A DNA stretch of 64,000 bases from an uncultured Chloroflexia bacterium (GCA_963752775.1 CAVVZL010000035.1:10249-74248); one strand, 5' to 3'; counted from the stretch's first letter, positions 50,601-63,269 are shown. A program made the numbers and translations. The notes: generated by a model not told the origin, from the letters alone.

Positions 50601-53600
50601 TGTCAGGGCAGAATGTCACGGTCAAATTCGTGGAGCGACAATGGCTCAGCGTCCAGAAGCAGGATGATCAGGGACAGTTGAGTTGGGTCACGTCCGTCAA
50701 AGATATCCCAATTGAGAAGCAAAGCGCTTCACAACAGATCAAGATGGAAAAGCCGACGGTTTCATTCATTCCGCCCGAAGGCGGAGTTTATAAAGCGGTT
50801 GTGATCGTTACCGATTCAAAAGGCAACCAGCAACAAGCTTCGGCGTATACCTGGGTTTCGAGCGATCAATATATTTCCTGGCGCGAGACAAATGACCGCA
50901 CATTCAATCTGGTCGCCGATAAAAACATGTATTCGCCCGGCGATACCGCCCAGCTTTTGATTGCGCAGCCGTTCCAAGGCAGTGTTTATGCGTTGGTCAC
51001 AACCGAGCGTGGACATGTTTACAAGCAGGATGTTGTTTTGTTGACTGGCAACAGCACGGTTTACAACCTTCCCATCACCAGCGATATGGCCCCGATGACT
51101 TATGTATCGGTGGTTGTGGTGAGCGGTGCGAACAATACTAAGACGCCGGACTTCAAGATCGGTTTGACGCGTATCAACGTGGACACCAGCCAGCAAACTC
51201 TCGATATCCAAGTCACAACGGATAAACCAACAGCCGGGCCGGGCGATAAGGTCACGTATTCCATTACGACCAAAGATCAAAGTGGCAAACCCGTTTCCGC
51301 GGATGTGTCGCTGGCGGTTGTGGACAAAGCCGTGCTGGCTTTGGCGCCATCGAATTCCGATCCAATCCTGAAAGGCTTTTATCCCGATACGGGACTCGGC
51401 GTGCAGACCGCGCTGGGATTGGTTTCGAGTGCTGATGATTTCAACGCGCAATATCGTAAGTAGCATTCCGACAGGCGGAGGCGCGGGCGGCGGAGGTGGC
51501 AACGAAGCCAGCCTCGGCATTATCACCGTGCGGCAGGATTTTAAAGATACTGCATTCTTCCAAGCGCAGGTCACAACGGATTCGAATGGTCAGGCGCAAG
51601 TGACGGTTACATTGCCGCAAAATTTAACCACCTGGGTTGCGGATGCACGCGCCGCGACAATTGATGGTCGAGTGGGACAAGCAACAAATGAAGTGGTCAG
51701 CACCAAGCCGCTCTTTGTCGAGTTGCAGACGCCACGCTTCTTCGTCGCCGGAGATCAGGCGCGCGTTGGAGCGGTGATTCACAACAATGGTGCGCAGCCG
51801 CTCCAAGTCAATGTTTTGCTGGAGGCGCAAGGAGTCACTTTGATCATGCCCGCTGCACAAAGCGTAAACGTCGCCGCAAAGGATCAAGCTTACGTCACAT
51901 GGGATTTGAATGTCAATACGGATGTTCAGCGCGTTGACCTGACGGCTAGCGCTGTGAGCGGTCCGTATACTGATTCGACTAAGCCGGAGCTTGGCACATT
52001 GCCGGGGCAGGGCATCCCGGTGTACACCTATACCGCGACCGAACCGGTCGGCACATCGGGAATTATCAGTTCGGCGAATTCGGTCACCGAGTTCAATTCT
52101 CCTGCCGTCCGCTCACGATTACACCGATGGGAATGTTTCTGATTCAAATTTCGCCTTCACTAGCGGCTTCGATGCAGGATAGTCTCACATATCTAAAAGA
52201 TTATCCGTACTATTGCATGGAGCAAACTGTTTCGAGCTTCCTGCCAAACGTGGTGACCAACCGCGCGCTTGAAACTTGCCGGCATTTCCAATCCGGGCTT
52301 GCAGAGCAATCTCGATGCCCAGGTGAATTCTGCCTTACAGAGAATCTATGCCAAACAATTATCGGACGGCGGCTGGAATTGGTGGGACGGCTCGAACCAG
52401 CGATCCGCAGACGAGCGCATATGTTGTTTTGGGTCTGCAGGAAGCCAAGGATTCCGGTTATCCGGTTTCGGACGATGTGTTAAATAACGGAATCGATTAT
52501 CTGAATAAAAATCTGCCCGAACTTGATCAAAATGCGGCAACATGGCAATATAATCGTTATGCGTTCATGCTTTACGTGTTGGCCCGGGGAAATGAATTGC
52601 AGGCTGAACAAACCAATTTCATATACCAGAATCAGCACCTCGTTGAGACCTATATGGTGAAGCGTATCTGGCTCAGGCGATGTCTATGCTCGATAAGAAA
52701 GACACGCGCATCAATTCGCTCATGTCGGACCTAGTGGCGGCTACCGTGATGTCGGCGTCGGGCGCACACTGGCAGGAGAAAGGCCCTGCCGATTATTGGA
52801 ACTGGAACACCGACACCCGCACGACTGCCATCGTGTTGAACGCCTTTGTTCAGATCGACCCGAACAATCCCATCACTGCAAATGCCGTGCGCTGGCTGAT
52901 GTCGGCTGCGACAGTGGCAAAAGCTGGTATTCAACTCAGGAAACAAGCTGGGCTTTGATCGCCTTGACGAATTGGCTGACCGCCTCGAAGGAATTTCAAA
53001 CGGATTTTCCCTACGCGGTTGGACTCAATGGCAATTCCATTGAGCAAGGAGTCGCGAATAAAGACAACCTGACCCAGTCCGTGAGCCTGCAAATTCAATT
53101 GAAAGATTTGCTGAAGGATACCGCCAATTATCTGGTGTTCACCCGCGGTGAAGGGACAGGCAATTTATATTACACGGCTTATCTCAGCACGAATCTTGGC
53201 GGTGGCATCGCTGCCGCCGCTCGATCAGGGCGTGAGTCTCTCGCGCCAGTATTTCACATTGACCGATTCAAAAAATCCGATCACGCAAGCCCAGCGCGGT
53301 GCCTTGGTCAAGGTGCGGCTCACCGTCGTCGTTCCGGATGATCTGCATTACATCGTCATCAACGATCCATTGCCCGCCGGACTCGAAGCGATTGACGCCT
53401 CCATTACCACCGATACCGCCGTGCCGACCAAATACACGGTGCAGGATTACAACGAACGCGGTTATGGCTGGTGGTATTTCGATCACACCGAATTGCGCGA
53501 TGAGAAGGTCGTGCTTTCGTCAGATTATCTGCCTGCTGGCACGTACGTTTACACTTACCTTGCGCGTGCCAGCACGGCAGGGACGTTCAACGTCATCCCG

Positions 53601-53675
53601 CCAACTGCCTCCGAGTTTTACTTCCCCGATGTCGGCGGACGAGGAGCAGGAAGTCAGTTTGTAGTGGATCCATAA
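47693..53675 (+). CDS. bacterial alpha-2-macroglobulin (YfhM-like) with thioester motif, about ten frame breaks
   Basis: Eleven overlapping + ORFs (47693..49216 through 53148..53675) rotate frames and join to about 1990 aa. There is an N-terminal signal-anchor without a lipobox Cys, then Ig-like repeats. MG-domain block YLYTDRPIYRPGQLVYFKG, TAFFQAQVTTDSNGQAQVTV...NLTTWV and thioester CMEQ (52214..52225) are present. Confidence 0.85.
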
Positions 53676-53699
53676 ATCTAGCCAGCAAAGTTATTAACT

Positions 53700-55050
53700 T
53701 TGAATCTGGTTTATCCATAAGTGTCTCCTGAAAAGTTGCCGTCAATCCCTGGTTATTATCCCGTGTTCAAAACGTATCACTTCCAAACTCTGGTCAGCGC
53801 ATCCCACAGATCAATAATGGCGAATAATCTCGCCGCCAGCGGAATCTACCCACCCTTCAAGCCTTGCGAATAACCCGTGCCGTTCCACTGCCGTCGTAGC
53901 AATAGGGGATGTCGAGGGCGCGGTGCAGGTAAGCAACGGAACGGAGCATATCGTAAGCAAACTGCGGGTTCTTTTTCATGATCTGCCATTCTTCATTCGT
54001 CAGTTTGGCCGGTTTGACCAGGATGGCATCAGGCACACCCAGCTTGCCAACCTCGTGAAGCAGGGCGCCGTGCCGCGTGCGAAGGAGGTATTCCTCGCCC
54101 AGTTGCATGGCTTTTCCTAATCGCAGTGACATTTGCGTCACGCGTTGGGTGTGCCCTTCGGTCTCCTTGTCTCGCAAGTCCATGGCCTAAGACTAACCCT
54201 CAATGGTGACATCATATGCGACTGTAAAATCCATTTTTGCCTGTCAAAGGCCTGCGATCAACGGCATAGTATCTATGGAAATGGCAGTCTCACCAAGTGA
54301 CAATAGCCGACCCAATGCTAGCCCGCTTTCATAAAGCGTTTCTAGCCGGGCAACATGTTGCCGGATCGCTCTTTCGGCCTGCTTGCGGTTTGCAATACCC
54401 ATGATTGAATTAATAGCCTTGGATAGGCTCTCTTCATAACCCGGTCCTGCCTGCCAGCGCACGCTGACGTTCAGTGGGTCGCTATCCAGCGTGAGCCGCC
54501 GCAAACAGACGGCAGTAGCGAAGCTCTGCCAGCTCCAATGACGGTTCAACGAACCTCTTAACTTTTTTGACTTTGACATCCATGATGCGCCGGCTACTTT
54601 CCTGCTATAGACACATATGATCGCGTCTTTTCGGCGGATTTTCGGTTTTTAATTGTAACTTGAGCGCTACACCACTTCAGCGGGTGACCGGCGAATAACC
54701 CCCCTTCGCCATTTGGGCGAGAGGGATTGCAGAGAAAAAAGTACAACAAAGAGCCATGTCCCCCATCCAGCCCCGTGGTCTTCCTCCCCAAATTTCAAGA
54801 ATTCGCAGATTCGCGTCGAATGAGCACGCGGGCTATCCGCCGCACGCTCACGAAAGGAGCAGGATAGAGGAGCCAGCAACAGGCTTTACCTCCAAGGCGT
54901 TCAGGTTTTGCAGGCAAGCCCTTTGGCTTAATCCCTGGACGCTCAGGTTTGATCTTAGCGAGTTAACGTATAACCATATGGGATTTTGGTTCAGCTTCAA
55001 GGCCTTAAAGCTTTGTCGAAAAGGGTTAGGGTTTATTCTTGAGGCGTCAT
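53700..55050 (-). pseudogene. decayed PAS / HD-GYP c-di-GMP phosphodiesterase gene
   Basis: ATG 55050 is followed by PAS-like NPIWLY...LNALEVKP. Coiled-coil linker NRKQAERAIRQHVARLE. HD-GYP core EG[TAG]S[TAG]AMDLRDKETEGHTQRV...LLHEVGKLGVPD...IPYCYDGSG...KGG[TAG]IPLAARLFAIIDLWDALT. In-frame stops lie at 54244..54246 (TGA), 54193..54195, 54187..54189 and 53846..53848 (TAG). There are also frame breaks, a missing GAF-size segment and a missing C-terminus. Confidence 0.6.
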
Positions 55051-55085
55051 GATTTTGATGGAAAGCCTTCCCGGTTCACGAGAGT

Positions 55086-56195
55086 TCAATGGTCCGCCGG
55101 TGCCGCGCCCGCCCAGGTCGCCAGTCGGTTACGTCCGGCGCGTTTTGCCTGAAACACGGCTTGGTCCGCATGGTCAATCAACGCTTCCACATTTTCACAG
55201 GTCGAGTCGAGGGCAGCTAGACCGAGGCTGATTGTTAATCTCTGGATGGCCGCGGTACTGAGGGAAGCGGTGTCCATTTGCTTAAAGTAATTGCGCACCA
55301 TTCCTTGATCCACCTGTTCTACTTCAATCCGCAAACGCTCAGCAACTAACACGGCCCCCGCTACGCTTGTGCTGGGCAGAATCAGGGTAAATTCATCGCC
55401 GCCATATCTACCAAAAATGTCCACGTTTCGGATTTGGCGACGACACAGTTCAACGATGATCTTTAATATCCAATCCCCCACCTTATGTCCATGACGATTA
55501 TTGAATTCCCTGAAGCGATCCACATCGATCATGACTGCCGCGAGTGGGTAGCGATACCGCTGGGCCTGCGCGAATTCTAGGCCAGCCAACTCAAAAAGTT
55601 TGCGCCTGTTCAAAATCCCAGTTAATGCATCGGTATCGGCAAGCCGTTTTACTTGTTGGAATAAGTTGGCATTTTCCAGAACGATGGCCGCATGGGAAGC
55701 AAGCATTTCCAGCAATTCCTGGTCTTCAAGCGTATAGGCATTCTCGGTATAAGATTGGACAGATATCATGCCGATCACTTTTCCGCGCAACCGCATGGGC
55801 ACTGCGATCAGAGATCGCGTGATGCGCTGGCTTCCATACAGTTCAAACCGGATACCGCTAGCGGCAATTGTTTCGGAATTGCTGAGCAAGATGGGCTTCC
55901 CCGATTGGAAGATGGTGCCGGCTAGGCCATGGTCTGCAAGATAACGAGGCGGATAAGCCCGAAGGCGGGGCGGTTCGATCAGGTAAAGCGGCACCACTTC
56001 ATTGGTTGCTTCGTCGTAGCCGTCAATGATGAAGTCTTCACAAGGCAACACCCTTTCCACGACGTTGTGAATAGCAACATACAATTCTTCGAGGTTAAGG
56101 GTCGCACCTAATTCCTGGCTGGCGAGATATAAGCCTTCCCAGCGATTGTCATGATTAGCAGCAGTTTTGGCCATTGGAGCTATTTTACCATTCAT
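55086..56195 (-). CDS. GAF-domain diguanylate cyclase (GGDEF)
   Basis: ATG 56195 overlaps the pbpC TGA (ATGA at 56192..56195). GAF block SLIAVPMRLRGKVIGMISVQSY, then DALTGILNRR...RYGGDEFTLIL. Intact. Confidence 0.85.
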   Translation of the reverse strand: MNGKIAPMAKTAANHDNRWEGLYLASQELGATLNLEELYVAIHNVVERVLPCEDFIIDGYDEATNEVVPLYLIEPPRLRAYPPRYLADHGLAGTIFQSGKPILLSNSETIAASGIRFELYGSQRITRSLIAVPMRLRGKVIGMISVQSYTENAYTLEDQELLEMLASHAAIVLENANLFQQVKRLADTDALTGILNRRKLFELAGLEFAQAQRYRYPLAAVMIDVDRFREFNNRHGHKVGDWILKIIVELCRRQIRNVDIFGRYGGDEFTLILPSTSVAGAVLVAERLRIEVEQVDQGMVRNYFKQMDTASLSTAAIQRLTISLGLAALDSTCENVEALIDHADQAVFQAKRAGRNRLATWAGAAPADH

Positions 56196-58671
56196 GGCAA
56201 GACGACGATGTTCACGGCGTTGCTGGTTACGGTTGCGTTGTTGGCATTTATCCCTTCCACCCAAAAGCTGTGATCCCCCGCCGATAGCGTCCACCAGGTC
56301 TGATAAGGCGGCGCGGAAAAAGTTTGCAATGGATTACCATCCCCATAAATGGTGACTTTGAGAAAAACCCTGACTGGCAACTGCTTCAACCGAAAGTTGC
56401 TGGGCTGATAAATTCAGATCAGAGGTAATGCGATAGGTCGTATTTGGCGAGGGGGAGACTAACATCAATTCATTTGCAGTTTTCGAAATTGCGTCTTGTT
56501 GGATGTCAATTAATAACGGAAGGCCTTGAGTGCGCGCCCAAGGTTGCGCCTCGACGGGCAGATCCAAAGCGACAATGGATTTGCGTCTATCTGGAGGAGT
56601 TAGATCAGTTGCAAGCGAATTCGTCAGCGCATCAATCCAAACTGGTTGATAATATGTATCGGTTTGTGTTGGCTCGGTGCCATCGATAAACCATTCCATG
56701 CGCGTGTATGGGCAAGCCGGAGTTGGAAGCAAACCGGAAAGATCGCACACTTCCACCTGCTTCATTCCATCCGGTCGAATGAACGGCTCATCCGGTTGGC
56801 CGGCCAATAGGGCGCGCATGGTTTCATTCCAAATCGGCGCGGCGCCGGTCACGCCGGTGACGTCATGCATCGCCTCGTAATTGCTATTCCCAACCCAAAC
56901 ACCGACCAGCAAATCGGGAGTGTAACCAATCGTCCAATTATCGTGGAAGTTCGTTGTCGTTCCGGTCTTGACCGCTGCAGTGTGGTCGATCTTTAAAGTG
57001 CTGTTGAGACCAAAGCCGATTTCGCGGGCGCTGTCGTCGCTAAGGATATCGCTAATGAGCCAAACGACGCGCGGATCAAAGGCTTGAAGCGGCGGAGTTT
57101 TATCCTGTGTATAAAGCAAGTTGCCATCCGCATCGCGAATATCAAGGATCGAATAATTTCCCGTGTAATATCCGCCGTTCGCCAAACTTGCATATGCCGT
57201 CGAAAGCTGGAGTAGGCTGATCTCGCCGCCGCCCAGCACCAGCGATAAATCATAGTCCTGCGGATCGCCAAGCGAAGTAATGCCGAGATGATCCGCAAGA
57301 TTGATCGTGTTTTCGATGCCCACTTTCTCTAAGGTTCGCACGGCGGGAATATTCAACGATGAAGCCAGCGCCTCGCGCATCGAGACCGGGCCGTGCTCGC
57401 GGCCATCATAATCAACCGGCGTATACGGTTGTCCATTGTGCGTGATGAACGTGGTGGAAACATCCAATAACTGAAGTGGCTGCCGTCCACGGTTCGGGTT
57501 GATTTGGATCCAAAGCCAAAGCATAAATGAATGGCTTGAAGGCCGAGCCGGTTTGGCGCGGCGAGGTGGCCATATCGAGCGCGCCGTCAATGGACGAATC
57601 GAAATAATCCGCGCTGCCGACCAGCGCAAGGATTTCTCCGTTATGCGGATCGAGAATCACCAGCGCGGCATTATTGACGTTGTGATTGATCTCGTTGGGT
57701 TTGGGCTTGAACTCCTCGATGTGGCGCGCCACGATTTGTTCGGCGAGTTCTGATCGTTCAAATCTAGCGTGGTGCGCACGACCAGGCTTTGATTTGGATT
57801 CAATTTTCCCGATGAGAATAACGCGTCCAGTTGATCCTTGATGATCCAGATGAAATGCGGCGCTTCAATCGGATAAGGAGCCGGGTTATAACTCAGAGGC
57901 GCAGCTTCGGCAGCGACGCGTTGTTCGTCCGTGATATAGCCTTGGGTTTCCATCAACCCCAACACAACTTGTTGACGCTGTTTCGCAAGATCGGGATTTG
58001 TAAATGGATCATAAAGTCCCGGTGCTTGCGGCAGGCCCGCGAGCATGGCACATTCGGGCAAGATCAAATCATTGGCTGATTTACCAAAATATGTCCGCGC
58101 GGCAGCTTCGACACCGTAAGCCATGCCACCATAATTAACTTGATTCAAATATAATGAGAGAATATCATTCTTCGAGTATTTCTGTGTCAACTCCCAAGCC
58201 AAAAGTGTTTCACGGAGTTTGCGGCGCAAAGTCCGTTCGTAACGCTCGTTTTGGCTCAATAATAAATTGCGCACTACTTGTTGAGTGATGGTGCTGCCGC
58301 CGGCAATTGTATCGCCGCCGCGCACGTCAATCCATAAAGCCCGGAGAATGCCTTCAAGGTCAAAACCCGGATTGCCGTAAAAGTTTTTATCCTCGACGGC
58401 AATGGTCGCATCCTTCATGCATTGCGGAATATTTTCAAAAGACAGCACTGCATGGCGTCCGCCTTGTTCTGGCAAAATATCATACAGCAGGCGGCCATTT
58501 CGATCCGTGATGCGAATACTGGGCGCGTCCAGGTTTGATGGAAGTAGAATTGATGGACGGCAAATCCCAAAATATATAAACGAGTAATCCGATGAGAACT
58601 ATAAGTCCTGCAGGCAGGAATAGCTGCCATTTGATTCTTTGGAAAGTTACACGTTCAATTGACTGGCGCAT
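56192..58671 (-). CDS. pbpC: bifunctional class A penicillin-binding protein, PBP1C-like (GT51 + transpeptidase + BiPBP_C-like C-terminal domain; at least four frame breaks)
   Basis: N-terminal TM anchor. GT51 motifs AVEDKNFY and GGSTITQQ. Transpeptidase motifs TGSAFKPFIYA (SxxK) and VKTGTT. The C-terminal Ig-like domain VTIYGDGNPLQTFSAPPYQTWWTLSAGDHSFWVEG lies in ORF 56192..56389. Confidence 0.8.
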
Positions 58672-58856
58672 CTGTTTATTGTAGCGCGTATCGGGATGAA
58701 GTTTTGTATCTCGATCTTCAGGTGGATGGCAATAAAAAATGAAGTAAACTTGATTGCTGGCGAGGATGTAAAGAAATCGCTGCAGCTCGAGCCAATAAGC
58801 ATCGTAATCATTCGGACCAGCAAAATAAATTCTTTGAAAAGAGATTAAACGTTGTA

Positions 58857-59901
<1,045 letters not shown>

Positions 59902-60033
59902 GAAGCTCTGCGGAGGCCAAAATCGGCGGCAACTGTTGCCTACATAATGGAACCCACGGGGGATAAGCTTTACGCGTGCAGTTCTTCCAGTTTGAAAAGA
60001 GGAAGGCGTTCATAAGTAAAAGGGCGAAATATC

Positions 60034-60929
60034 CTACTTGATAATTACAAAGATTGACATGATCGCTAGCTGTGCCATCGGATAATAACTGGCGTGATCA
60101 AACAATGTTGCTGCCCGACATCCTTCCTGATGGCGGAATAGCTGATAACCAGGTTTGAGGAGCAGCACGAAACCCACAACAGTACTTGCCAACAGATAGG
60201 GCCAGCCCAAATGCAGCGGCGAAATCGTTGGCAGGAGCATGCCGATAATTACCGTAAGTCCTAACGCAATAAGAACAATAAGCCCTGCTCTTTTGGTGCC
60301 AAAGTGGATGGGAATCGTTTTGGCATTGACGCGCCTGTCTTCGACGGTATCGTTCCAGTCTGCCGGGAATATTTTGCCCTCCGATTTCCCAAAAGAATAC
60401 CCAGGCAAATATTAGTACTAGGAGATATAGGCGAAGGGTGCCGATCTACAACAAAAACGGCAGCTAAAGGTCCACAGGACTTGACCATCCCACTTACCAG
60501 CGTCCGCAAGTAAGTGATTTTCAAAAGTAGACAATAAACGACTTCCAGAATTACGGCGGCAACCAAAATGATGACAATTGAAGCGTTGAGCAGGTAGGAA
60601 CCGATAAGCGCCAATCCAAACCAGGCGACAAACCAAATCAATCCGTCCCGGTAACTAAGCACTTTCTGCGCCAACGGATAGCGCACATCAGATGCTTCGA
60701 CAGAATACCCAGAGTTGATGCCCCCCGCAAACTTTTCCCGATCCACAGCAATGCCAACAAGATCGTTTAAGGCATATATCGATGTATAAGCGGCAAAAGC
60801 GGTGATAAGCGAAAGTAGAATGATCTGCCACTGAGGAAAACTACCCAAGCAAAGCAAAGTGCAAAAACCAGGGGTGGCAATATCCAAAACTCCATGTGTG
60901 GTCCTTGAAAGCGCGAAAAATCGTTTCAT
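60034..60929 (-). CDS. UbiA-superfamily aromatic/polar-head prenyltransferase (two frame breaks near 60400..60430)
   Basis: YALNDLVGIAVDRE (variant of NDxxDxxxD) and ADWNDTVEDRRVNAKTIPIHFG (second Asp-rich motif). About 8-9 TM helices. ORFs 60261..60929, 60418..60636 and 60034..60408 join. Confidence 0.75.
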
Positions 60930-60951
60930 ACACCATCCTTCCTTGCAGGAA

Positions 60952-61648
60952 CTAATTCTTCTTGATGAAATGCGCCATGTAATTCACATCTTCTTTGCCT
61001 GCGGCCACCTTGAATTTGCGCGTGAAAGGGTTATACATCAGGCTGGAAAGCCTTGAAAATTCCAAGCTGTTTTCTTCAGCCCAATTTTTCAATTCTCGGG
61101 GACGAATTAGATTTTTGGTACGTATGAGTTCCTCTTGGAAGAAGGCGTAATATATATTCGCCGCCAATGATGGCGAACAGAAAGGCTTTCGGCGTGCGAT
61201 TGATTGTCGAAAAAAAAGCATACCCGCCCGGTTTCAGCGCCTTTGCACAGGCGGTCACAATTTTGCCCGGCTCCGGCACATGCTCTAGCATTTCCATGCA
61301 CGTCACGACATCGAAACTTCCCGCGCGTCTTTGCACAACCTCTTCGACACTTTCATACCGGTAATCTATTTTCAGACCCTGCTTTTGGGCGTGTTGCGCG
61401 GCAACCTCAATAGCTGCCCGGGATAAATCAATGCCCGTTACCTGTGCGCCAGTTCTGGCAAGCGCTTCTGATAAGATACCGCCCCCACAACCTACATCCA
61501 ATATTTTCGGGTTGTGCATAGTTAGCGCTTCCATGATGAAGTTCATACGCAGAGGGTTGATGGTATGGAGGGTCCCCATTTCTCCCTCGGGATCCCACCA
61601 GATTTGAGATACCCTGTCGAACTTTTCAATTTCTCGTGTTGTCAGCAT
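60952..61648 (-). CDS. UbiG-like class I SAM-dependent (O-)methyltransferase (frame break near 61100)
   Basis: WWDPEGEMGTLHTINPLR, ILDVGCGGGILSE (motif I), VVTCMEMLEHVP and GGYAFFSTINRT are close to the UbiG pattern. The C-terminus FIRPRELKNW... is in ORF 60952..61221. Confidence 0.75.
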
Positions 61649-61650
61649 TT

Positions 61651-62793
61651 TCAAATGATGTCATGTTTTATGGCGATCCAATCTTCCAGTGATCTGACAG
61701 CGGATTTGATTTCGTGCGCATCGACATCATTCACAAAAACACATTTTCCTATGCCGTGCGGCAATGGAACTCTTTGCAATCCATTGCGGTGAAATGGCGC
61801 GCTCTTCCAAAGACTGCCAGAGCAGGCAAGGATCGAGAATAGTCCCGTCCAGCATAATCCCCAGCTTGGCGATCAGGTGGAATATCCTGCCGGTCTCCTC
61901 TTCGGATAATCAAGTTCCGCATCCTGGCAATTAGAATGGATATGGCAATATCGAGCAAAACCGCCTCGCCATGGAACAAATGGGCTTCGTGACGGATCTC
62001 CAGCCCGTAACTAAACGTATGTCCAAAATCCACCTTGCGTGCCAGGTCTTCTTCAAACAAATTCGGCTGCAATTCTTCCACCATCCCGCAAATGGCGCGG
62101 TCAAGAATCGTCTCGCCCTCCTCATTCTGGAATTGGGCATCAATGCTTTTCGCTCCATGTGTTTCCAGCAGGCAGAACAGCCCCGCGTCTTTGATGATGG
62201 CTAATTTGATAATCTCGCATATCCCATTCAGGAGATGACGTTTGGGCAGGGTTTTCAGGAAGGATTTATCCAGCAGAACCTTTTGCGGGGAAGCAAAAGC
62301 CCCAAGCCGATTCTTGTTGCCGTTGAAGTTGACTCCGGTCTTGATGCCTATCGAAGCGTCCACATATCCAATCAGCGTCGTGGGAACTTTGATGTGCGGC
62401 ACGCCCCGCCGATAACTGCCAGCTACAAAGCCAACCACGTCAGTTAGAACGCCCCCGCCAATGGCGATAATTGGCTCGTCTCTGCGATGGATGGGAAAGG
62501 AATCCAGTTCCCGCACGATGGAAAGATAATTTTCCATGGTTTTATTTTCCTCGCCGCCGGGGAATGGGACGATCTTTGCCTCAACCTTGTGATGCGAAAA
62601 ATAATTCCGTATTTCGGCGGAGTAATGTCTTCTCAACATTACTATCCACGACAACAAACCTGCGGCCATTTTCAATTCTTCCCACAGACAGCAGGGCCTC
62701 GTTCTGCGGGTGAAAAAGATTGGGGGCGTTGACAACCTCATATTCAATTGTGTGTTGATAGGTGACACGCCGCATGCACGTTCTATCCGTCAT
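61651..62793 (-). CDS. 3-dehydroquinate-synthase-superfamily sugar-phosphate cyclase (EEVS/DDGS/EboD-like rather than AroB-like; several frame breaks)
   Basis: ATG 62793 overlaps the luxS TGA. GGGVLTDVVGF, VPTTLIGYVDASIGIKTGVNFNGNKNRLG, DFGHTF, HGEAV and C-terminal HRNGLQRVPLPHGIGKCVFVNDV. The last block is recovered in a third frame that ends at TGA 61651..61653. Confidence 0.7.
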
Positions 62794-63269
62794 ACAACCT
62801 GCCGCCATTTAGACTTGGCATCCAACACTCTCCTGGCAACGCCCTGAGCGAGTTCCAGGCTGTGATTTTTATAATTGCCGCATTGCTGAATATTGGCATA
62901 GGGCACTTCACTGGCATTCAAAATATCGGTCAAAATGCGTTCGTACACACTACAAATTTTTTCTGCATTGCCTTCGTTATATAAAACAAGGTAGAAGCCC
63001 GTCTGACATCCCATCAGCCCCACGGAGAGAAAATTCCCTGGCATATATTTTTGAAACCCCGCCAGCAAAAAATGCTCAAAGGAATGCATTTCCGTTGAAG
63101 ACAAAAAGTTTGTATTTGGCTGGTTGATACGCAGGTCAACGCAATAAACCACATCGCCCTTCGGACCTTCTTCAAAGGAACGCAGTTTCACATGTGGGGC
63201 TTTCAATAATCTGTGGTCAAGTTCCCCAACGGTACCGGCATCCCAGCCTAGTTGTTTAACGTCTATCAT
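62790..63269 (-). CDS. luxS: LuxS-family S-ribosylhomocysteine lyase
   Basis: ELDHRLLKAPHVKL, HSFEHF (HxxEH), MGCQTGFYL (catalytic Cys) and QQCGNYKNHSL (metal Cys). All B. subtilis LuxS catalytic and metal residues are alignable by eye. AGGAGAG lies upstream. Confidence 0.8.
   Translation of the reverse strand: MIDVKQLGWDAGTVGELDHRLLKAPHVKLRSFEEGPKGDVVYCVDLRINQPNTNFLSSTEMHSFEHFLLAGFQKYMPGNFLSVGLMGCQTGFYLVLYNEGNAEKICSVYERILTDILNASEVPYANIQQCGNYKNHSLELAQGVARRVLDAKSKWRQVV

Noticed and set aside
50816-51574. 252-aa minus-strand ORF inside the alpha-2-macroglobulin gene
   Set aside because: It is antisense to conserved MG/A2M domain coding sequence. Its composition is Arg/Pro/Gly-biased and it has no motif. 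It is a shadow ORF.
54756-55052. 98-aa plus-strand ORF
   Set aside because: It lies antisense within the decayed PAS/HD-GYP gene. It has no motifs or RBS.
54580-55085. ORF-poor, GC-rich stretch, considered as a possible structured ncRNA (RNase P, tmRNA, group II intron domain)
   Set aside because: None of the conserved cores I know are present (RNase P GAGGAAAGUCC, the tmRNA tRNA-like ends, the intron domain V). The minus-strand translation shows PAS-domain remnants (NPIWLY...LNALEVKP) contiguous with the HD-GYP pseudogene.
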